The position numbers and the translations under genes were made by a program. A stretch of 64,000 nucleotides of DNA from a virus: positions 96,001 through 160,000 of IMG/VR virus record IMGVR_UViG_3300050821_002122; one strand, given 5' to 3'. The notes below the pieces were generated by a model. That model ran no database searches. It saw only the letters and a list, made by a program, of their open reading frames with translations, and had not been told where the DNA came from. Below are positions 56,309 to 64,000 of the stretch, in pieces (the stretch's first letter is position 1; the number at the start of each line of letters is the position of its first letter).

Positions 56309-59300
56309 ATGAACACAGCTAAAGCAACGAACCAGGCCCTGAAATGGTTCAACCAGAATTTTGCAGAAAAAGACGGTAAGGATTTCTCATTGCCGCTTAC
56401 TGTGCTGTATGTAGACAACACGTGGTTATTCGCCACGCAAGTAACTTCCAACGATTGGGACACTGATCGTATCGTCTGCGTTCAACTTCAAGGCACCAAG
56501 ATCGTTAAGATCACGGCTCGCGAATTCGGTATCCTCGCGGATTCCAAGGAGGCCAACACGATTCCGAGCGCTGTTGCATACTTCGCGCAATTCGGCATTG
56601 CCACGAAACAGCGGTGGAGGAAACCTAATACCGTGAACGTGTCTACCACACATGCGGATGTGGTTAAAAATCTTTAAGAGTTTCGGGCTGCCAGATTTGT
56701 CATGCAACCCTGGCAACAGGCTGAAGTATTATGAATTCTTGGTACCAGGCTTCGGTAGTATCGTTGCGACGACTCGCAATGACACTAGCTTCGGTATCAC
56801 TATCTATAATGGTGAGGGAATATGATAAAGAAACGGAGTGCGCGTATTCAACGCAATGATGCTGGGCAGATTCCCTATACCAAATTGCGTGGTATCGGAC
56901 TGAACAAGTACAGGTCCACGCGCTACTACCTGGTTCCCCGTTCCCACGAGAACGGATTCTACAGCGTGCGGTCCATCCACTTCTGGAACCAGAACCGCGA
57001 TCTGCTCAATCCGCCGTCATCACGCTTAGTCAAGGGGAAGAAATGAAACACCTCGATCTGATTTATATCTTGCGGTCGCTGTCGATCAACTATGATGTAT
57101 CCGTTGATTACGATCCAGTACCGTGCCAAATCAACCGTGCATATTTCAAGCGCGAGGGTCTGAAAGAGTTTTTGTCCAGAACTGGACTCACCAGCAAAAC
57201 AAAAGACATTGCACAGTTGGTTGTGGCTACTCGTTTTACCAACTACGAACACGAAGACAAACGCGGCGTTTGGATTCTGTTTGACACCGTCAACGGCAAT
57301 TACGATGATCCAGAAAACGGTGACGCGCACATATTCATCTTTGCGTCGCGGCACGCAGCACGCGAGCATAAACGCGAGTTGGATCGTCGTCGGCAAACTA
57401 AACCGAACACGATCACCGTCAGTGGTCCACACCGCTACTATTACGCACAAAAGGAGATACCATGAAGTTCTCAGAACAAAAACACATTCGCACGGTGCTG
57501 TACTGCGAAGGAATATCGATAGAAGTATTCAGCTACCAGGGCGCGCACTACATACAAACGTGGGTGGACATTGATTGGGGATCGCCGGTTGTCAACTACT
57601 TTGTAGCAGCGCAGATTACCGGCGATCAGTACGCGGCTTACTTGCAACGCAAGCTGAGTCTTGCTGAAATCCAGCGCGCTACGCCCGTGCTGTACTACGG
57701 TGCGCACACCGCTAATCTAGATGCAGAAATGCAGATCGTCACCTACGATCAAATTCCCGAAGATCGCCGCGCGCCAGATACGGCGTTCTACGATCCAAGC
57801 CTCGATCCACTCAACTAAAAGGAGTCACCATGTCTATTACCAAATTTGGCTGGGGTCATTTCCCTGTGGGTACTACTTGTGTCATTCATCTTGACCACGG
57901 TCAGCAAGTTAAACCACCATTCACTGTAACGGTCACAGGTGTGAGCCGCAATGGTCCTAACAGCTATTGCATTGATACGGATACCCCCGGTACCGTCACC
58001 GAGTTTTTCACCTGCAACATAGACCACGTAGCGGAGATAACGAAACGAGGTCCCGGCATCGCCACCTTAATCGATGCACACAGTCAATCCTCAGAAAATT
58101 CTGGACAAACTACTCGCAAGAACACCTCGTCAAACATAAGAATCATTACGGTACTTACGTACCACGTGGTCTGTGTTATGCAATCGCGTCAGAATATCTG
58201 ACTGACGACCAACAACTGAGCATGGATCGGCTTATCGCTGCGCTGTATGAGCGCGGCATTATGCAAGCCGCATTTAGCGCGCCGCAAGATGAGTGGCATC
58301 GCACAAGCTGCATCTTCAAAAAGAAACAACTGCGCAAAGCAATCAGGCAATTGGTAAATAAATGCCTGCTCAACCACAAGCATGAGCAACGTCGGCAAGA
58401 CACAGAAGACGCCATAGCCGCAGATCGCGACTGGGAGAATTCCGAGTGCGACAGATTTGCTGAAATCTACGACCAATCCGAAGGAGCATAGGATGCGTAT
58501 CTCTTACGAAAAAGCCCGCAACTTGCGGTCGGGTCAAATGATCTGGCGTGTGATGGTCCACGTTCACGTCAACCGGTTTGTCACACCATATACGGAGCGG
58601 ATTGAGGCCTATGCCGACGCTCAGTACTTCAAGGGGAAGCGCACGCACCACGAGGACTGGCCCGGTCCAAAGAGTCTGGGGCAGCTTCTCAACGGAACCT
58701 ACGGCGGCTACTTCACAACGAAGAAACAAGCCGAAGCCTTCGTGCAAGAAATTCTTGACGGGCTGCACCCGAGTATCATCTCTGCCGCGCGTGAATACGG
58801 CGCGGAGATGGACTACATGGACGAATGCATGGGCATCTGCAACCGAGGTTTCGGCTTCTATGAGTGTGACCTCGAATCTGATTACATGACTGACCCTTTC
58901 TAACTGGAGAACAAAATGAACCACTTACTCGCAAACATCAAAGCCGGTGACCTCATCGTTTTCAACCCAGAGCATGAACAACGTGGCCACGGTACAGTGC
59001 TGCAAGTTCTGGCTGATCGCAAAGTTGAAGCCGAGGTCGGCATGCTGGGAGACAGCGTGCTTTCGGAACCGAAGGTAGTTGAGGTCAACTACTACGATAT
59101 CGAGCGCGTCAACGGCGCGTATGTTTTCAGCCGTCTCCATAATGTCTATGGTTCGATTCCTGAAATCGACATCGTGGTCAAGGTCGGCGAGGAACAGCAA
59201 CAAAAGGGCATAGCGCAAGACAAAATTCTCCAAGAGAGCCTGGAGTTCGTGGCTCGTCAGGCTCATAGCTACCGTCGCCAATGCTTGCGAAATTTGTTCA

Positions 59301-61785
59301 CGCAGATCAGCAGTGCGGTAAAGGAAATACGTCTCCTAGGAGAGATCAACGAGGTCTTCAAAATCGGTACTACTCTGATGGAGCAAAGCATCGATGCCGC
59401 CTCAACCCGAGCCGATGAACTATCTAAGTTCGAGACAGATATGTTGGTCTACCATCGCATTCAACATCGTCTTGCCAAAATGAGCATGGGCGAACTGCGC
59501 AAGGTCCTCACGCCGGAGGCACAGGCGGATATCCTCAAGGACCTGGATACCAACAACAACCCGAAAGATGAGGTGACGAAATGAACGCAAATCCTATCGT
59601 CGTCGCATTCAACGATGCGACCAATAACAAATTCGCCGATTTTGACTACACCTCGTGGATAACGTTGACGTACCGTCCGCAAGATTGCTTGGAGTCGCAA
59701 GCGAAGGCATTCGATGCCGCAGTTCGGCTCTATTTGGGCGACACACTGTACAAGACTGCTGAGTCGCAAGTCCGCATCGATCAGATGCTAAGGTTCAAGC
59801 TGGGATTTACTTCCGGCTTGAATATCGAGCTACTGACTTTCATGGACCACGTGGCTGCCTTCCGTAACAGTCTTACGCCCAATCCCAAAATCGCTCAGCA
59901 AGAAAATGTGGAAGCCGCCGACCTGTATCGCCTGCTGACGCTGTTCTACGATGATGTGCGGCCGGAATGGCCAGGTAGTATTTACGCCTGGGCAGTCGCT
60001 GCACTCACTCGCAAAGAAACTGAGTTGATCGATCATGTGCAGGCGGCTCGCAAGAAGATCAAGGGCCGCGATACTTACGCACATACGGTCTTCGGCATGA
60101 TGCACGCGCATCTCACCAAGCACAGGAGCTGGAAATGAACCAACCAAAAACCATTATGCTACTCTGCATAATTTTTAGTTCAACAGTTATGTTGCTTGAA
60201 GCCTTCGGCGTGATAGAGAAGGGCCTGTCGAAATGGGCTCTGTTGTCTTCGCTGTTGACCGGTGTGGTCTTCATTGAAGTCCGCGCTTGGTTCAAACGTA
60301 AGAAATAAATACCTGCACATTAATCAGTATCAACTTAGGAGCAACAAATGACCAAAGTACAAATCGCCTTGCTCAAGCGTCTGATCGAAGCGGATCGAGC
60401 ATACCGCACTGAGGTCAAGCTATTCGGTGCAGCGCAAGATAGCCTGCGTGGTGTGAAAGTCTGCGCACGGAATGGCGTGCAATACCGGACTGCTGAAGTG
60501 CTGACTCACTACGGTCTCGCAGAGATTGCAATGATCTCTTGCGAACCTCATGTGTACCTCGGCAAATATCGACCCACCGACGAGGTGCGACCATGAAAAA
60601 GCTACTGATAGCTGTGATAGTAATTGCTGCTGTCATAGCGCACCTCGTCGTTAGCGATATGGCCGACGCGCGTATTACTATACTATACGACGGCGTAACC
60701 ATCGGGTTGATCGCTGGTGTCGCGTGGTGGTGTGCAAACAACGAAATCGCCAAAGCCGAACGACGGGCCGACATCAAGAAAGCCTTCGATCAGCTTATGG
60801 AGATAAGCGATACTGACGGGCCAAACGATGAACATCAAACGTAAAGGCCCGTCGGCTGCGACGGTGGTCTTGGCAAATATACGCACGGCCTTGGCCTCCG
60901 ATATACCGCAGCCCTCAAAGACTAAGCTGGTTGTCTTGCAATACAAAATCGCCCAGCAGATCATCGCTAACGAAATCCCCAAATATTTACAGTGAGGTTG
61001 AAATGAAAAAGTATATTGTACCTATAATCGCAGTCTTGCTGGGTAGCTTCGGCATCGGCTGCCTGCTCTCTGTGCAAATCCTGACATACAGAAAGGACCA
61101 TGATGTGGCCCATCTGTATTTCCTGGCATTCGCTATCGTGATGACTCTGCTCGCCACGATCATCGTCTATCAATTGATCCGCATGCATCTGCGGTTCCAA
61201 GAGCAATTCAAAAGGATGGAGAAATGAACGCCATTCTAGCCGCGGTTGCCATAATATTCCTCGTCACGGTATTTATGACACCGAGCAAACAAGTAGCAGT
61301 CGACCACAATCTCAAGACAGACTGCCTCTTGCATGGCGGCGAGTTAGTTCAGCGTCTGGGTCATCAAGACTATGAATGCGCAGTCATCAAACAAATCGTT
61401 CCATTTTTCGGGAGGTAATATGCTACACCTTACCAATAAGACTTTAGCAGAAGAGCCAAAGCGTGTTGTCACTATCTGCGCGGATACCGAAGGTAACTTG
61501 TGGTATTTATTTTTCAATGGATGGCGACAGCGTGGAGGCGATGTGGTTACATCAGAGGTAACCACGGATAACGATCAACTGAGTTCTCAATTGCGCACGG
61601 GACTGGCCGAGGATCAACTTCGGTATTCGTTGATCGAAGAGAAAGCTAAACAACTTCGCTGTGAGTTAGAATCAGAGCGCTGTCAGGTATGGGCTGAGCG
61701 CCTAAATTATGACGACAAAGCACCGTTAATGCTGAACCGTGCGACTCTGAAACAATATTATCTAGGCCTGACGGCGTTTAACTGA
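56309..61785 (+). other. Array of small early-type hypothetical ORFs (56309-56677, 56822-57046, 57043-57465, 57462-57818, 57830-58201, 58222-58491, 58493-58903, 58916-59584, 59581-60138, 60135-60308, 60348-60596, 60593-60844, 60828-60995, 61003-61227, 61224-61418, 61420-61785)
   Basis: Tiled ORFs with RBSs; four small ones between 60135 and 61418 have TM-like segments. Confidence 0.55.
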
Positions 61786-61794
61786 AAGGGCAAC

Positions 61795-62019
61795 ATGCGC
61801 AAACAATCCATTGACTCACGCATTCTGGAGATTTTCACTGACCTGCTCGACGACCCCAGCAACGTAACCATCGATTGCAAACTTGTTGGTCTTGGTCTCA
61901 AACTCGACGAATTGAAGTTGGCCTTCGACGCACTTGAACTCATGTTCGGCTACCCTTGTGTCATCAGCCTGGGTAGCGTGACCATCCGCGATGTAATAAC
62001 CTTCTACAAAGGAAAGTAA
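61795..62019 (+). CDS. Acyl-carrier-protein-like fold lacking the phosphopantetheine Ser
   Basis: Aligns to E. coli ACP by eye: I..R...I....L..VT..V.LG-x11-ALE..F..T....I; DSL replaced by KLD. Confidence 0.6.
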   Translation: MRKQSIDSRILEIFTDLLDDPSNVTIDCKLVGLGLKLDELKLAFDALELMFGYPCVISLGSVTIRDVITFYKGK

Positions 62020-63672
62020 ATGAACTTCACGGCCCAACAGTATTACGACGATATCATTAGCCACGCTTACAAAGGTGGTCTGCATCTGCTTTCGCAGGTT
62101 GCAGTCTCATCTGCCGATGTGCCGTACTGTATTTCTGAAGTTGAAGCCCGTGCAGTTCATTTGTCTTTCTACTTGCCTGATCGGCAATTCGTTTTGGTAG
62201 CGGAGCATCACGAGTTGGTGACCGCTACCAACACATATCGCTACTGGACTTTCAAGCTTGATGCAGCTTGGAAGATGGGAACCAAGCCAGAGACCAAGAC
62301 AGGTATCCTCTTGTCGAAGGTCGGATGCACATACAATCCTCTGTTCGCTGGCTTCAGGACGATCAAATCCGATGTGCTGCGCGGTGTCTGGTACTGGTCC
62401 ATGATACAAGCGCACATTGGTCCCCATAATATATCGGCTGAGGCCTTGATGACCAGCCCACTACACTTCATCAAATATGCCCGTAATCATCTGGACACTG
62501 GTCCTTTCCATTTCTTGGAAATCAATTGGGCACCAATCAAAACTTTCTGTGGCTCCAATCAACACATGGAGGACAGGAAGATGATGCAGAGGAAATGCAA
62601 AGACATCTTCTGGTCACGCTTTACACAACCACAGCTGGTTGCAAAAATAGCTGAATTTTACCGTGGTGCATCTTTCCCTAACCAACTGCAAGGAGCATAA
62701 AATGTCCAAACGTTTCATCTGCGAATTCTCAAGCCAATCGCTGGCGCGTTTTGAATGCGCAGTCAAATCTTTCTCTCATCCGCGGGTTACGTTGATGATC
62801 GAGGAAAGCAAGGGTCACAACGATCACGCTCTGTATGCCAATGCCAAGAATTGGCCAGAGGACCTCACTGGCTTCTGGCGGGCACTGGATCAACAGCCGG
62901 CGACGGTGCAGTAAATAGCTTACACAAACTTTAGAGGAAAATATGGATACTCAAAACCTGCTGCGTGGTGCCTTCGCTTTTGAACCAAACGAGAAGGCGG
63001 GTTACAGGTTGGCTGAAAACCTTACCGTCGTTGTGCGGGAATGCATCTGGACGGTGGACGGCGTGTTTTATCGCTGTGACTTCCCGAACGGCCAAGCATC
63101 TGGACTTTTGCCGGCGAATGAATTGATGTCGCTTTCTTACCCGCAGGCTGTATAAACCACAGACCAGACACTCACTCGGTGTCTGGTCTCATTACATTCA
63201 GGGAGGTAAAATGAACGTACAACGCATGCACGAGGTGCTAGCAGCAGTCCCAAATTATTGCAGGATCGATACCAAGGCGAGTTGGTCTGATGTAGCAGCA
63301 ATTCGCAAGCTCTTTGATCTCAAAGTTTTGGAACTGGTTGAGACTGTACACCATTCGCGGTGGCATCATATCGCATATGAGCATAAAGATGCCACATTAA
63401 CTTACGACGGTTGTATCGAATTGAGCATAGACAAACAAGCTCGGGTTCACATGACTGTGTGGAATGGTGATAGCTACGTCGGCCACCCTACAAAGAAGCG
63501 TGAGACCTATATTTTCACCGGCGACTGGTTTGCTATTGCTGCTGTGTTTCATGCGGTCGAAAAAGCTTTTACCAGGCGTGTCACCCAACAGCTTAAAGAG
63601 GAAGACGAGGCTGCTTTTCAAAAGCGAGTGGAAGAACGTTCGCATAAACTACTGGAGGCTGAAGATGAATGA
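62020..63672 (+). other. Hypothetical ORFs (62020-62700, 62702-62914, 62943-63155, 63211-63672)
   Basis: Tiled ORFs with RBSs. Confidence 0.55.
63161..63189. repeat. Intergenic 11 bp-stem hairpin without U-tract
   Basis: AGACCAGACAC/GTGTCTGGTCT. Confidence 0.7.
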
Positions 63673-64000
63673 ACACAAGTACATCCGCGACTATGCTATG
63701 CATGCGCAGCACTCGATAAAGCCAATACCGCTATATACGCATCGGCCATTCCATGGCAGGATTTGGTCAGAGCAGGTCTATACGCAAGAAGCATAGATGC
63801 CACACTCAGCACGGAAGAGATTGTCCGTGCTGTTGCGTACTCCAATGTTTACCGAAAATATGGCTTCGCTAAAATCAACGATTGGTTTCTCAGCAATCCA
63901 GATGAAGTATTCACGCGCAACCAGTGGTTCGATTGCGCCTGTGGTCTGAAGGTTTACCTACGCAAGTCCAAGCATTCGATACGCGGTGAGTCGCATACGT

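Noticed and set aside
1-64000. Stop-codon reassignment
   Set aside because: Core genes are intact under code 11, and TAA, TAG and TGA all terminate tiled genes
1-64000. tRNA or rRNA genes
   Set aside because: No cloverleaf or T-loop pattern seen in the few intergenic gaps; tRNAscan-SE not run

Overview
64 kb from a large tailed dsDNA phage, standard genetic code, probably a jumbo myophage of a proteobacterium. A Ralstonia RSL1/Pseudomonas Lu11-like affinity is inferred from gene content and was not checked by search. Bases 1-46.9 kb are densely coded on the minus strand: terminase large subunit (runs off the left edge), RecA/UvsX, an SSB-like protein with a ~260 aa D/E-K block tail, a sigma-70-like factor, and thymidylate synthase split by a T4 td-like group I intron carrying a GIY-YIG endonuclease. 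They continue with a 7-deazaguanine cluster (folE, queD, queE, tgt/dpdA, second T-fold protein) interleaved with two glycosyltransferases, a PIG-L deacetylase and two PP-loop proteins, then spanins, primase, a family A DNA polymerase with an in-frame HNH-AP2 endonuclease insert, an AAA+ ATPase and many small ORFs. After a divergent switch near 47 kb the plus strand carries a rolling-circle (gpII/Rep_trans-like) initiator, an SbcD/Mre11 nuclease, a SLOG protein and early-type small genes, including an acyl-carrier-protein look-alike lacking the catalytic Ser. Best candidate for a new system: a QueC-less deazaguanine pathway coupled to sugar transfer and deacetylation, predicting a glycosylated 7-deazaguanine DNA base. 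All family calls come from motifs read by eye; no database search was run.
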